Assembly (NCBI GenBank): GCA_963705255.1
Contig: OY970061.1
Coordinates: forward strand, 1,824,001 to 1,888,000
Direction of reading: 5' to 3'
Origin: an uncultured Methanoregulaceae archaeon
GTDB taxonomy: Archaea; Halobacteriota; Methanomicrobia; Methanomicrobiales; Methanospirillaceae
DNA length: 64,000 bases
Shown here piece after piece: positions 1 through 10,177 of the stretch. The position numbers and the translations under genes are program-made. The notes beneath the pieces are model-generated. The model was not told the DNA's origin and searched no databases. It saw nothing but the letters and a program-made list of their open reading frames with translations. How positions within the stretch are numbered: the first letter of the stretch is position 1; each line of letters begins with the position of its first letter.

Positions 1-1242
1 ATCGTGTTTTGAATCAACCTGGACCGGCGGAGCGGGTGTTTCCGGGACCGTGGCCGGTACTTTCATGTCACCGAGGACCTGATCAAGAGACTGTCCGCGT
101 ATCACCCGGGCGCGGACCTCGTCGAGATCATGCCCGGGCGGTATCCGCTTCACCAGGTTCTGGAACTTCTGGCGGTACTGGCGGTAGGCATCGAGCGCCG
201 CGGAGAGTGCGTCCCGTTCATGGTCGTTGGCATATGCAAACGGGGCGGTGAGGTCCACCTTGGTCTCAACACTCACGTCCTGCCGGGGCGTATAGGCAAC
301 CGCAGAAAATGCCCGGCGGATCTTTTCGACCGTATACGGCATCTCCTGCACATCGGATGCGATGATCAACGGCTTTCCCACTTTGTAGAGTGCCTCGATC
401 ACATCGGACATGGTCATCTGCCGGGAACTTGCAAGCTGGAGGAGGTTGCCGTCAAGGTCAAGGGCCGCAATCGCTGTCGTTGTACCTGGATCAATCCCGA
501 CGATCAGGTAACGGGGCTTGCCGGACAGCGGGCGGAACTGTATCCGTTCGAGACGCTTGCCGCTGATCCTGACCTGCACGTCAGCTCCCCGGTAGGTCGA
601 AACCGGCACCTGATCCCGGGTAGCAAAGACCCGGAATGCCACACGACTGCACCCGCCGAATGCACGGGTCTCCTTCTTCACGTACCTGAGCCCGGCAGCG
701 GCAAGGGCCATCTCGATCTCCCGCCCTTTGAACTGCACGGCCCCGTGCATCTTCCGGACATACCGGTTCTGGCTCCACCCGCCCTTGCCCGGGGAGCGGT
801 GGCGGCTCACGACGACCTCGCTCTCGTTCACAAAGGCTATCACTTCTGCACCCGCGCCCAGCGATGCCACCTGCGCAGTCGTCCTCGCTTCGGCGAAAGG
901 ATCGAACCGGTTGAAACTGATGTTGTACCGTGCAGCTACTTTTCCGAGCGTCTCCTTGCGCTCCCCCCCGGTAACCTGAACGAGCCGCGTCCGGGGCGGA
1001 AGTCCCTGCAGGAAGAAATAAAGCTCATGCTGGTCGGCTGCAACCTCCTGCAGGCTGTCAACCGCGAGAATATCCGGCTGCTCATCGGCAAGCATCCGGA
1101 AGAGACGGAACATCGAGACCTCCAACTCGCCCTCGATGGTCTGGCCGTCCATGCGGACAAGGGCATACATCGGCCGCCGGGACCTGGACCGGACAGAGCC
1201 CCTGATGATATCGATGCCAAAGATCTTCAGCCGGTCACGCAT
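1..1242 (-). CDS. DUF460 (COG2433-like) conserved archaeal protein, runs off the left window edge
   Basis: Absent from the ORF track because it has no stop in the window. Manual translation from ATG at 1242: MRDRLKIFGIDIIRGSVRSRS...YLIVGIDPGTTTAIAALDLDG...NDHERDALSAA. GIDPG and HERDAL are the motifs I associate with DUF460. The start overlaps the end of rio2. Confidence 0.85.
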   Translation of the reverse strand, partial: MRDRLKIFGIDIIRGSVRSRSRRPMYALVRMDGQTIEGELEVSMFRLFRMLADEQPDILAVDSLQEVAADQHELYFFLQGLPPRTRLVQVTGGERKETLGKVAARYNISFNRFDPFAEARTTAQVASLGAGAEVIAFVNESEVVVSRHRSPGKGGWSQNRYVRKMHGAVQFKGREIEMALAAAGLRYVKKETRAFGGCSRVAFRVFATRDQVPVSTYRGADVQVRISGKRLERIQFRPLSGKPRYLIVGIDPGTTTAIAALDLDGNLLQLASSRQMTMSDVIEALYKVGKPLIIASDVQEMPYTVEKIRRAFSAVAYTPRQDVSVETKVDLTAPFAYANDHERDALSAALDAYRQYRQKFQNLVKRIPPGHDLDEVRARVIRGQSLDQVLGDMKVPATVPETPAPPVQVDSKHD

Positions 1243-2082
1243 TGGATCGCATCCCTGCGGTCGTATGTCAACTGGTATTTCCGGACAAAGAAGGAGAGAA
1301 TGTTGTCGATATCCCGTGCCACGATGGCGGCTGCATTCGGGTGGCTGGTCTCTACCCACTGTGGCCAATCGATGAAGACGCACCTGCCGTCCTCAACAAG
1401 GATATTATATTCTGAAAGGTCGGCATGGATGACACCTGCCCGGTAGACACGGCGGACACCATCGAGGATCTCATCGAGCACTTCCCGGGGACATTCCAGG
1501 CGGCAGCGGTTGAGGATCGTGCCGTGTATCAATGCCATGACGACCGTGTGCCGGTTCTGGCCGATGGGGAGCGGCACGCTGACGTGGGGGTGAAGTTTTG
1601 TCAGTGCCAGAAACTCCCGCTCTGCAGACTTCCGGGAGGCGATGAGCCAGGGACAGTGCCCTTCCTCCATGTACCTCCCGGTTCAGCCGTGCGGAGGCAA
1701 ATGACCGCCCTCCGACCCGGTGGAACTTGATGGCAACAGGCCCGAGCCCGAGGGCTTCGTATACCACGGATTCTTTACCTTCCCCGATAAGCGGGCCGAG
1801 GGCCGTGATCGTCCCATTGCGGGAGAGCGTGGCAAGCGCAAGCGTATCGTATCCGCCAAAAACCAGGGCATAGCCGTCATAGGGAACCGGGTTGAACCGG
1901 ACCATCCCCCACGCGATCAAGCGGGACAACCGGTAGTTGACTTCTGATTCCGACAGTTTTGTGGCAGTCCGGATCTGCTCGAGCGGGACCCAGGCGTAGC
2001 GTTTCATCCCGCGTTCAAGGGCAAGGAGTATCGTCTTTTCGTATTTATTGAGGGTGCGGATATGTTCCGCTGCAACGACCAT
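1227..2082 (-). CDS. rio2: RIO2-type atypical Ser/Thr kinase with N-terminal wHTH; one frameshift near 1672
   Basis: ORFs 1471..2172 (wHTH, GEGKESVVY, AIKFHRVG) and 1227..1670 (IHADLSEYNI, FIDWPQ) join into one RIO2 if one extra G is removed in CGGGAGGTACATG. Confidence 0.85.
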
Positions 2083-2195
2083 GATCGTTAGAGTGGTTAT
2101 TTCGCGGACTATAAAATCACATCTTCCGTACCAGCCCGGGAGGATTATCACAACCTTAAACATCTTTATCATCGAGAATAGATCGGAAAAGACGA

Positions 2196-3092
2196 ATGCA
2201 GTGCGACAAGTGCAGAAGAGAGGCGATCATTTTCCAGCCGTATTCGGGAAAGCATCTATGCAGGGAGCATTTCCTGGCAGATGCTGAGACAAAGGCAAAG
2301 CGAACAATTCGCTCTCACCAGTGGCTGCGTCCGGGCGATCATATTGCAGTCGCCCTTTCGGGAGACAAAAAGAGCAGCGCAGTTCTCTTTTTTCTCAAAA
2401 AGCTTACCGGAAAACGCCGCGACATCAGGGTCTCTGCCATCTTCATCGACGAAGGGATCGGTGGTTACCGCGATAGTTCCCGCGCCCGGGGGGTTGCGGA
2501 CGCGCTGGAGACGGAATGCCATACGGGCTCACTGCAGGAAGAGTTCGGCATAACGGTGGACAACCTCGTAAAGGAGAAAGGACGCAATTCCGTATGCACC
2601 TGGTGCCGCACCCTTCGCGACACCCTGCTTATGAAAATCGCTTCTGAACAGGGTGCAACAACGATCGCGAAAGGACGGTCACTCGATGAAAATGCCCTGT
2701 CAACGGTGGAGTTCATGCTGCAGGGAGAGCCGGAGCATCTTTTCAGTTCCTGCCGGGGGGTGCAGAACGGGATATCGTGGATAGAGCCGTTCAGTCATAT
2801 TCCCGCCGATGAAGTGGATCTCTACGCGGACCTGCAGGGGATCGGGTTCCCGGCGACCGGATGTCCTTACGGGAAAATGCCGTTTCACCGGGATGTGAAG
2901 GTCCTGCTGGATGAGTATACCGCCAGCCATCCCGCAACCCGGTATGCCGTTGCAAACCTCGCTGAGACGCTGGCCGGGTACGCGACGCCGGCAGGAGGCA
3001 GCGTCCTCACCTGCGGGCAGTGTGGTTCGGTCATCCGCGGTATATGCAGGGCCTGTGAGATACGCTATGAGGTGAAGCACCGTGGTGCATAA
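2196..3092 (+). CDS. TtuA/Ncs6-like tRNA 2-thiolation PP-loop family protein with a degenerate PP-loop
   Basis: N-terminal CDKC...LCREH Zn finger, ALSGDKKSS at the SGGKDS position, CTWC, CPY and C-terminal CGQC..CRAC. Confidence 0.8.
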   Translation: MQCDKCRREAIIFQPYSGKHLCREHFLADAETKAKRTIRSHQWLRPGDHIAVALSGDKKSSAVLFFLKKLTGKRRDIRVSAIFIDEGIGGYRDSSRARGVADALETECHTGSLQEEFGITVDNLVKEKGRNSVCTWCRTLRDTLLMKIASEQGATTIAKGRSLDENALSTVEFMLQGEPEHLFSSCRGVQNGISWIEPFSHIPADEVDLYADLQGIGFPATGCPYGKMPFHRDVKVLLDEYTASHPATRYAVANLAETLAGYATPAGGSVLTCGQCGSVIRGICRACEIRYEVKHRGA

Positions 3093-4791
3093 ACCCGGGC
3101 ATATCTGGAGGGCGATCCGTAACTCTCCGGGGATCCAGATCTCGATCTACTTCGTCGCCTTTGCTTCGCTCATCGGCCTGTATACCTATATATTCCACGT
3201 CTTCTACCCCATTCTTGAGAACAATACCATATCCTGGTCCCATGCCCTGTTCTTTGTCGTCGAATCGATGACTACGGTTGGATATACGGACATTCCCCCC
3301 TTCACCAACAATCTGACGATATTCCTTGCCATCCAGATCATGCTCTCGGGCGTCATCATGATCTTCATCGTCGTACCGCTCCTTCTTGCCCCGTTCCTCA
3401 CCACGCTCCTTGCACCGACCCCGCCAAAAAAGACTTCCCATGTCCTCAAGGGGCACATCGTGATCTTCGGCTCGGACGAGCTCACCCGATCGGTGATCGA
3501 CAGCCTGACCATATCAGAACATGATATCGTCATCGTTGAGCAGGATAAAGCAACGGCCCTTGAGATCGCAACCCACTACCGCAGGAAAGCGTATGTCATC
3601 TGGGGCGGATACACCGACCCGAACACGTGGTCTGCGGCACATATTGCCCAGGCAAGCTTCATTGTCATCAGCAAGGATGAGCGGCTGACGGCTAATATCA
3701 TCCTTGGAATACGCAAGATGGCCGGGGGCAGGATCATCTCGGTTATCGATAAGCTCTCATTTGACCGGTACCTGCGCTATGCAGGTGCTGATTATGTCCT
3801 CTCCCCCAAAAATTCGACCGGCAGGATTCTTGCCCGCCACGCGGTCCTGAATCCCGAGGGAGATACTGTCCAGGAGATCCCGGGTATGGACCGGATCACC
3901 ATCAATGTCAACCACACGCCTGACCATGAGATCCGGTTGATCAACATTCCCGTGGTGGCGGGATGCATGGCGGAAGGGAAGAGTCTCAGGGAACTCCAGC
4001 TGTTCGAAAAGTACGGGATCCTCATCCTGTTCCTCTGGAAGTCAGGGACATTTGTCGCACAGCCGGGCAACGCCGTGATCGTTGATGACAGCACCTCCCT
4101 TTTCCTTTTCGGCAGGGCGGATGCAATCATCAGAGCGATTCACGCCGAATTCGATGCCGGAGGGGGGAGGGATGCCAGGGCGGTCATCGCAGGGTTTGGC
4201 GATGTCGGGAGAGCGGCGTACCAGGAACTCCTGTCATCAGGAACGTCATGTACCGTTGTCGATTCAAGGCAGCACGAAGTTGCTGATCAGGTTGTCGGGA
4301 ACGCCGAGGACGAACAGATCCTCAAAGATGCCCGGATTGTGAACGCCCAGTTCTGTATTGTTGCCCTGAACGACGACGACGTGAACATTTTCACCACGCT
4401 GATGGCCCGCAACCTCAACCCGAATATCCGCATCCTCGCCAGGGCAAATGAACCGGCTTCGGTCGACAAACTGTACCGTGCAGGGGCGGACTATGTAGCC
4501 CTTCTCCCCATGATCGGCGGCCAGACAATCGGGAGGATCATCCTCGCCGATACCGTGACCATCCTGCTCGACCTGCCAAACGGCGACATCGTGGTGATGA
4601 AACAGGTCATGCTGAGCCATTCCCGGACAGCCGGGTGGTTTGCACAAAAGAGCGGTGTGCGGATCATCGGCATCGAGAGTATGAACCGTTCGATAATCGC
4701 CCCGGGCCCGGATGAGGTTCTCAAGAGAGACGATAGTATCATCGCTGTCGGGAACACCGAACAATTAAAAAAGTTTATTCATCTACTTTAA
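3082..4791 (+). CDS. Potassium channel-like protein (2TM pore plus TrkA-N/TrkA-C RCK domains)
   Basis: Two hydrophobic helices flank the pore motif SMTTVGYTD. Two Rossmann-like RCK domains follow (HIVIFGSD; VIAGFGDVG). Confidence 0.85.
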   Translation: MVHKPGHIWRAIRNSPGIQISIYFVAFASLIGLYTYIFHVFYPILENNTISWSHALFFVVESMTTVGYTDIPPFTNNLTIFLAIQIMLSGVIMIFIVVPLLLAPFLTTLLAPTPPKKTSHVLKGHIVIFGSDELTRSVIDSLTISEHDIVIVEQDKATALEIATHYRRKAYVIWGGYTDPNTWSAAHIAQASFIVISKDERLTANIILGIRKMAGGRIISVIDKLSFDRYLRYAGADYVLSPKNSTGRILARHAVLNPEGDTVQEIPGMDRITINVNHTPDHEIRLINIPVVAGCMAEGKSLRELQLFEKYGILILFLWKSGTFVAQPGNAVIVDDSTSLFLFGRADAIIRAIHAEFDAGGGRDARAVIAGFGDVGRAAYQELLSSGTSCTVVDSRQHEVADQVVGNAEDEQILKDARIVNAQFCIVALNDDDVNIFTTLMARNLNPNIRILARANEPASVDKLYRAGADYVALLPMIGGQTIGRIILADTVTILLDLPNGDIVVMKQVMLSHSRTAGWFAQKSGVRIIGIESMNRSIIAPGPDEVLKRDDSIIAVGNTEQLKKFIHLL

Positions 4792-4803
4792 CCGGGTGAA
4801 ATA

Positions 4804-5556
4804 GTGTCAGAAGATCTGGGGTGCAGGATGGGACAGGTCGAACAGATGATCCGCTTCGCCTACTGGAATGCCGGGTGCAGGGGGATCATTGTCGGGCTCA
4901 GCGGGGGAATTGACTCTGCAGTTGCGGCAGCATTCTGCTGCCGGGCTGTCGGTGCGGACAAGGTGCTCGGGCTCTCCCTGCCTTCAGGAGTGAGCAGGGC
5001 GGTTGATACCAGGGACGCCGCGGACCTCTGTACCGGGCTCGGCATGGCACACCGTACCGTACATATCGACCCCATGCTTGCAGCGTTCAGGTCCATGCCG
5101 GAATTCAGGGACACGCCGTATCTCTCGGGAAATCTCATGGCACGCATCCGTATGACCGTCCTGTACTATCATGCCAACCGGGATAACCGGCTCGTCTGCG
5201 GGACATCAAACCGGAGCGAGTACATGCTCGGGTACTGCACCAAATTCGGGGACAATGCAGCAGATATCCAGCCGATCGTCCATCTCTATAAAACTGACAT
5301 TTACCTTGTTGCCCGGGAACTTGGCATTCCCGACCCGATCCTACAAAAGACGCCTTCCGCAGGATTATGGGAGGGCCAGAGTGACGAGAGGGAGATCGGC
5401 CTTTCCTATACCGAAATCGACACAGCCCTCCGTGCTCTCGAGGACCAGGAATGGTCTGCCAGGACACCGGTGGAAGAGAGAGTTCTCGCACTCGTAAAAA
5501 AGAGCGAGCATAAGCGGATCTCCGCACCTAACCTTTTAGCAGTACCTCAAAAATAG
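4804..5556 (+). CDS. nadE: NH3-dependent NAD+ synthetase
   Basis: GLSGGIDSAV, NLMARIRM, GTSNRSE, GYCTKFGD and PSAGLWEGQSDE motifs. Confidence 0.95.
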   Translation: MSEDLGCRMGQVEQMIRFAYWNAGCRGIIVGLSGGIDSAVAAAFCCRAVGADKVLGLSLPSGVSRAVDTRDAADLCTGLGMAHRTVHIDPMLAAFRSMPEFRDTPYLSGNLMARIRMTVLYYHANRDNRLVCGTSNRSEYMLGYCTKFGDNAADIQPIVHLYKTDIYLVARELGIPDPILQKTPSAGLWEGQSDEREIGLSYTEIDTALRALEDQEWSARTPVEERVLALVKKSEHKRISAPNLLAVPQK

Positions 5557-6238
5557 CGGCATATTTTTCCGGCCGGTTCAGGAACGCGAGTGCATCCCCG
5601 TTCCCGATAAGGTTGTACAGCGGCCCCCTGATGATGCGGCGGGCCCCGTGTCCTGAATTGGGCCTGAGGTGCCGGACCGGCGGCAGGTCCGGATACTGAG
5701 GGTTTTTCTCCATGTCGCCGGAACACAATTCGAAATATGCCGCACCGTGACGTTCCTCGTATTCCCGGTAATCACTCTCGAATGCGGTTGAGACGATATT
5801 GGCCATCACCAGGGTCTCGTCAGGCGTGGGATTTATCGACACGTGCCCGTAACCGGGAGGGATGATAACAAGGTCTCCTGCGCATGCCGCGATCAGCACG
5901 ATATCGTCAAGGGTGCGTGACTGGAGGAGGTAATGCGCCTGGCCTTCAAGCACTTCATAGATCTCGGGATATCCCACGCCGGCCATATTATCAGGGTGAT
6001 AATGGCCTTTGGTCTTGACCCATTCGCCACAGAGATCCCGGGGGGGAATGACCGTGAGATCATACCGGAGGTGGCGGGAATGGAGCCACCGCCAGTCGGC
6101 ATCCGATCTCGCAAGATCGCGGTACATAAAATAGAGAGGATCTTCGGATGTACAGAGGGGATTGGCAAGGACAGGGCGCATGTCCCCGATTGTCCGGACT
6201 GCAGGGGCTGGAAGATCCCCGTCCCATCCAAGCATCAC
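5528..6238 (-). CDS. Cupin-type (archaeal) glucose-6-phosphate isomerase family protein
   Basis: KTKGHYH, YPEIYEVLEG and IPPGYGHVSIN cupin metal-binding motifs. Confidence 0.85.
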   Translation of the reverse strand: MMLGWDGDLPAPAVRTIGDMRPVLANPLCTSEDPLYFMYRDLARSDADWRWLHSRHLRYDLTVIPPRDLCGEWVKTKGHYHPDNMAGVGYPEIYEVLEGQAHYLLQSRTLDDIVLIAACAGDLVIIPPGYGHVSINPTPDETLVMANIVSTAFESDYREYEERHGAAYFELCSGDMEKNPQYPDLPPVRHLRPNSGHGARRIIRGPLYNLIGNGDALAFLNRPEKYAAIFEVLLKG

Positions 6239-7563
6239 TTCTTCTTTCGCGTTCCAAGTACATAATACCCGGCGCCGGCCATGAGCAGGACGATGATTAC
6301 AACCACCGGCAGCAGCACGACACTGCTGAATGCCGGTTTCTGGACTACCTGTACCGGTACCTTGAACGTGTCGGAGACCAGGTTGTTATCCAGGGAATCC
6401 TGGTAACTGACTACGGTATCGAGCGCGTAATTATTGACTGCCGCATCAGAACCTGTGCTGATATCGTAGCGTGCGGTTGCCATATCACCGGGTTTCAGGT
6501 CGCCGAGGTATGCGGTGTTGTCAGTACTTGAGAACGGATCGACCGCTGATAACCTCGATTCTGCATGGTAAGCAGTAACCGTACCGGTATTCTGGTACTG
6601 GACGGTGATAACACTGTCCGAACCCTGGGTCACCCTTGGCGTTGCGGAGGTGATGGAAAACGTGATCTTGGCCTGGACCGGGACTCCAATCGTCTGGGCT
6701 TCCGAGGTTACCGTATCTCCATAGCTGTTCTCGTAGGTCACGGCGACATCAACCGGATAGGTCTGATTTTGTGCATCGCTGGAAGCGGCGACCTCATACC
6801 TGCAAAAAACCGGTTGATTCCGCGGGAAGTCCCCGATAAAAATGCTGCTGTCGATCGGTATAACCGGGCTGTTCCCGTTCTGCAGTACCTTTACTATCGC
6901 CTCCCTCCCGTCATCTGACCCCATGTTGACCAGGGTGAGGTCCAGGTATCCGGTGGTACCGACACTCAGGTTCTCTGCCACAGATTTGGTTACCTTGATC
7001 AGTACCGTCGGGGTGATTTTTATGGTGATCGGGAACGTAACATTTTCCCTGACATATATGGAATTGAGGGTATCTGCTGCAGGCTGGGTCGAGGCGGCGA
7101 GATACGTGTAGCCGACCGTGAGCGGGAGCTGGTATTCACCGATCGTTGCATCCTGGGTTATTTTTACAATAATATTTACCGGGACCTGGCCCTGGGTGGG
7201 GATATCTCCGATGTTCTGAGGATCGCTCTTTACAACAACAGGGGCATTACCCGCTGAAAGTCCGACCGTAACCATTTTTGCCGTGGTGGGGACATCGTCG
7301 CGTGGGATGGGACCGGCAGAGTCGCAAATAGTTTGCGTGGATCCCATGGTGCAGGTATAATCCACGGATTCAATGGTACTGATACCGCTGTTCTTCACGA
7401 TCACGCTTATCGTGGCATCCTGCCCCGGCGAAAATTCGTTGACACCTGATAGTACAGCGGACATATAGGGGCTCGCGCCAGAATATGTCGTCACACCCAT
7501 GACCGGAAGCGTGCACAACAGTGACAGGAGCAGGAAAAGGAAGATCTCTTTGCGATATCTCAT
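6235..7563 (-). CDS. COG1361 S-layer-domain / cell-surface protein
   Basis: Signal peptide, repeated beta-rich Ig-like domains (YLGDLKPG, IGDFP), and a C-terminal TM helix with a basic tail (RKKK). Confidence 0.8.
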   Translation of the reverse strand: MRYRKEIFLFLLLSLLCTLPVMGVTTYSGASPYMSAVLSGVNEFSPGQDATISVIVKNSGISTIESVDYTCTMGSTQTICDSAGPIPRDDVPTTAKMVTVGLSAGNAPVVVKSDPQNIGDIPTQGQVPVNIIVKITQDATIGEYQLPLTVGYTYLAASTQPAADTLNSIYVRENVTFPITIKITPTVLIKVTKSVAENLSVGTTGYLDLTLVNMGSDDGREAIVKVLQNGNSPVIPIDSSIFIGDFPRNQPVFCRYEVAASSDAQNQTYPVDVAVTYENSYGDTVTSEAQTIGVPVQAKITFSITSATPRVTQGSDSVITVQYQNTGTVTAYHAESRLSAVDPFSSTDNTAYLGDLKPGDMATARYDISTGSDAAVNNYALDTVVSYQDSLDNNLVSDTFKVPVQVVQKPAFSSVVLLPVVVIIVLLMAGAGYYVLGTRKKK

Positions 7564-7628
7564 CGGGCATCACTTGTTGTTATCGCTATAACAACATTTA
7601 CTATTGCAGGATATAACGTGATGGCTCC

Positions 7629-8380
7629 ATGACAATGTCGTCAGAAAATCAGTTCCGGCTCATTGAAGGCCTCAAATCGCCTGGATTGACAAAATACGAA
7701 GCTCTTGTCTCCATCGGGATTCTTAAGGTGATGAGAGCCACTGCAACGGAAATCCATGGATCGTCGGGCGTTCCGCGCGCATCATTCTGTCCGGTCATCG
7801 GCCAGCTCCTGGATAGACCTCGTTTCAGTCTTCCGTCGATCCCGAAACGTTTTGCGGCCATACCGCCGGAAGAAGCCATAGCCTGGCTGCGGGTACATTT
7901 CGACCGCGACGCGGATTATGCTCCCGGAAACTCCCCGGCTATCCACAACGGCAGGATGAGGGCTGGACAGGGGGCGAAGAACTGATCTGGAATATTCATG
8001 GCAGGGAGAGCCTGCAAAAAACCCGTCGATCTCATTTCCCGTGCAAAAAGGATATCCGGTTTTTTGCCCGCACCCGGATCTTTTCCGGTGATGTCAGAAA
8101 GGCACTCAACGCTGTCCCGGATATGGTCGACATAATGGTTATCACTTCCCCGTGTGAAGGGCCATCGACCGGAAAACATGAGATCTCTATTAAAAAACAC
8201 CTGCGATGCCAAAGGAACCGGACACGGCCTGGGACCTAGTGGGCGGGGGCATGTGCATCATTGGCGGGTACAGGGTAGTCGCGATTGCGGGATCCGGTGA
8301 TGTGGATGCCGTTGCCCTGTTTTCAGAACCGGGAGGTTTTGCCCGTTTTTTATCCGGTATTACAACTTTAATGTTGAATG
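7629..8380 (+). pseudogene. Degraded TrmB-family transcriptional regulator
   Basis: N-terminus LKSPGLTKYEALV..ATATEIHGSSGVPRAS matches the TrmB HTH. Stop at 7985; later fragments lie in other frames (e.g. GGMCIIGGYRV). The end coordinate is approximate. Confidence 0.65.
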
Positions 8381-8416
8381 GGCAAAAAAGAGACCACAGA
8401 TCTCCCTTTCTCAGTT

Positions 8417-9181
8417 CTAGTAATCACGGATCTCTTCCATGTCGGAGATATCCATGAGGCCCTTCATTGCCTGGGTCTGGACCCACCGCTCCCCTTCCCT
8501 GATCGCGGCCATCGGGTTTGTGCCCCCGATTGCTGCGATCGCAACAAACTGGGGGTTCACCGGCACGCCGAGGAGCGGGACATTGGGCATACCCACTTCA
8601 AGGATACCCGAGTAGCTGCTGCTCGCGAGTTCATCCAGCACCATACCGACGAGGGGTTCGGCCTCCATGTGGAATTCCCGGATATTGGCAAGGATGTTCC
8701 CGCTCCCCCGCCGCATCACGCTGGTGACGGACGTGGTATTCTGGGATATGAGGACCTGGAGCGGGTCGATCGTCGTATGCTCGTAGAGGATGATATGGGT
8801 GAACCGCAGGGGGGTGCGGTTTTCGATCTCAACAACACCTCCGCCGATCGGGTTTATCGGGATCCCCCGCCGGATCAGGAGGCCGTCGAACGTGATGCTG
8901 CACATGGTACAGATTCCCGTACAGCCTTTCGGTATGACATAATCGGCGACCTTCTGTCCCTGTGAATAAAATTTTACCAGTCCGCTGACACTGACTCCCG
9001 TTTTATACGCGTCCTTGAGGACGGATATTGCATAGTCCAGATCCTCGTTTTTGATCAGGGACAGGTTGTAAACAACCTTCCCCTCCCCCGTAACCGGATC
9101 AAACGTGACCTGGATGGCATAATCTTCGATGTTGTGATTGACAAACTTGAGCGGGAGCATCATTACACTAATCTCGGACAT
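8417..9181 (-). CDS. NrpR regulatory-domain (DUF128) protein lacking a wHTH (NrpRII-like)
   Basis: GICTMCSITFDGLL, GNILANIRE and AIGGTNPMAA motifs of the NrpR domain; 254 aa with no N-terminal DNA-binding domain. Confidence 0.8.
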   Translation of the reverse strand: MSEISVMMLPLKFVNHNIEDYAIQVTFDPVTGEGKVVYNLSLIKNEDLDYAISVLKDAYKTGVSVSGLVKFYSQGQKVADYVIPKGCTGICTMCSITFDGLLIRRGIPINPIGGGVVEIENRTPLRFTHIILYEHTTIDPLQVLISQNTTSVTSVMRRGSGNILANIREFHMEAEPLVGMVLDELASSSYSGILEVGMPNVPLLGVPVNPQFVAIAAIGGTNPMAAIREGERWVQTQAMKGLMDISDMEEIRDY

Positions 9182-9223
9182 CGCAATAGAAAAATTGTTC
9201 TATAAGACCATGGCAATTTATTT

Positions 9224-10177
9224 ATGATGGAACAAGACATGCGGGAAAAAGCCAAGAATGCGATGCGACTCATTCTTGAAGCGGCTCGTTTTGAAGTCGA
9301 AGAGGTCGACGACCCTCTCGACATTTCAGCAGTGCGTGACGGCACGTGCCTTCTTGTGCTCTGTTCGAATGACCGCGACCAGATCAGCCAGTTCGACAAG
9401 ACAAATTACAGCCTCATGATCGATGATCACGAGATGAACTGCAAGAAACTTCTGTTTTCACTCGAAAAGGACGTCGCTACCGAGAACTGCATCCAGTGGG
9501 GGGTTGACGAGTTCGTGCGGTACACGGGAGAGGTCGTTCTTGCAGACATTTTAAACCGCGAGCTGGCACTGGACCTGACTCCTTCCAAGGCAAAAAAGGC
9601 AGCAGTGGCAGCTGCCGCTGCGGAAAAAGAAGAACCCTCGGGGATCACCATCCCCCATTTCCCGATAAAAATTTCCGAGCAGGCAGCCATCAGGACCGGC
9701 GGCGTACAGGGAGCGGCAAAACTCCGTTTCATACCATATTTCCTCTTCCATTACCAGAGCTCGGGCGAGCAGGTCTACAAGGACCGGCGTATCCCGTTCG
9801 ATGCGGACGGGTGGGGGGCGATCAACGCCATCAACGGCATAAAGATCGACCTCGATGGCAAACTTGTCGAGGATACCGAGATTCCCGGGGGTGCAGAAGT
9901 CTGCGATCCCCACATCCGGAAGGAGGAGGCGACCGAGAGGATCGTGAACGAGCTGATCGACCGGCTCACCCAGAAAGTCCGCATCAAGCAGGAGAAGGGA
10001 GATGCGATCTTCTATGAGGAGAAGATCCTCAAGCCGGACAAGAAAAATATCACGGTCGACGCAAAGCAGGTCTATATTCCCGTATGGCAGATCAGGGGCA
10101 AGAAGATCGTGGAAGTCAATGCATTTACCGGCGAGCTCCTCTCGGAACCGATGGACGAAGGTGTCGAAGTCTTCTAG
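9224..10177 (+). CDS. Hypothetical protein (317 aa)
   Basis: Long ORF with host-like codon usage, divergent from the DUF128 gene. Two domains joined by an Ala/Lys linker; ends in VNAFTGE. Confidence 0.8.
   Translation: MMEQDMREKAKNAMRLILEAARFEVEEVDDPLDISAVRDGTCLLVLCSNDRDQISQFDKTNYSLMIDDHEMNCKKLLFSLEKDVATENCIQWGVDEFVRYTGEVVLADILNRELALDLTPSKAKKAAVAAAAAEKEEPSGITIPHFPIKISEQAAIRTGGVQGAAKLRFIPYFLFHYQSSGEQVYKDRRIPFDADGWGAINAINGIKIDLDGKLVEDTEIPGGAEVCDPHIRKEEATERIVNELIDRLTQKVRIKQEKGDAIFYEEKILKPDKKNITVDAKQVYIPVWQIRGKKIVEVNAFTGELLSEPMDEGVEVF

Noticed and set aside
130-1446. 438-aa plus-strand ORF
   Set aside because: Antisense shadow of the DUF460-like gene and rio2; it has no recognisable motifs.
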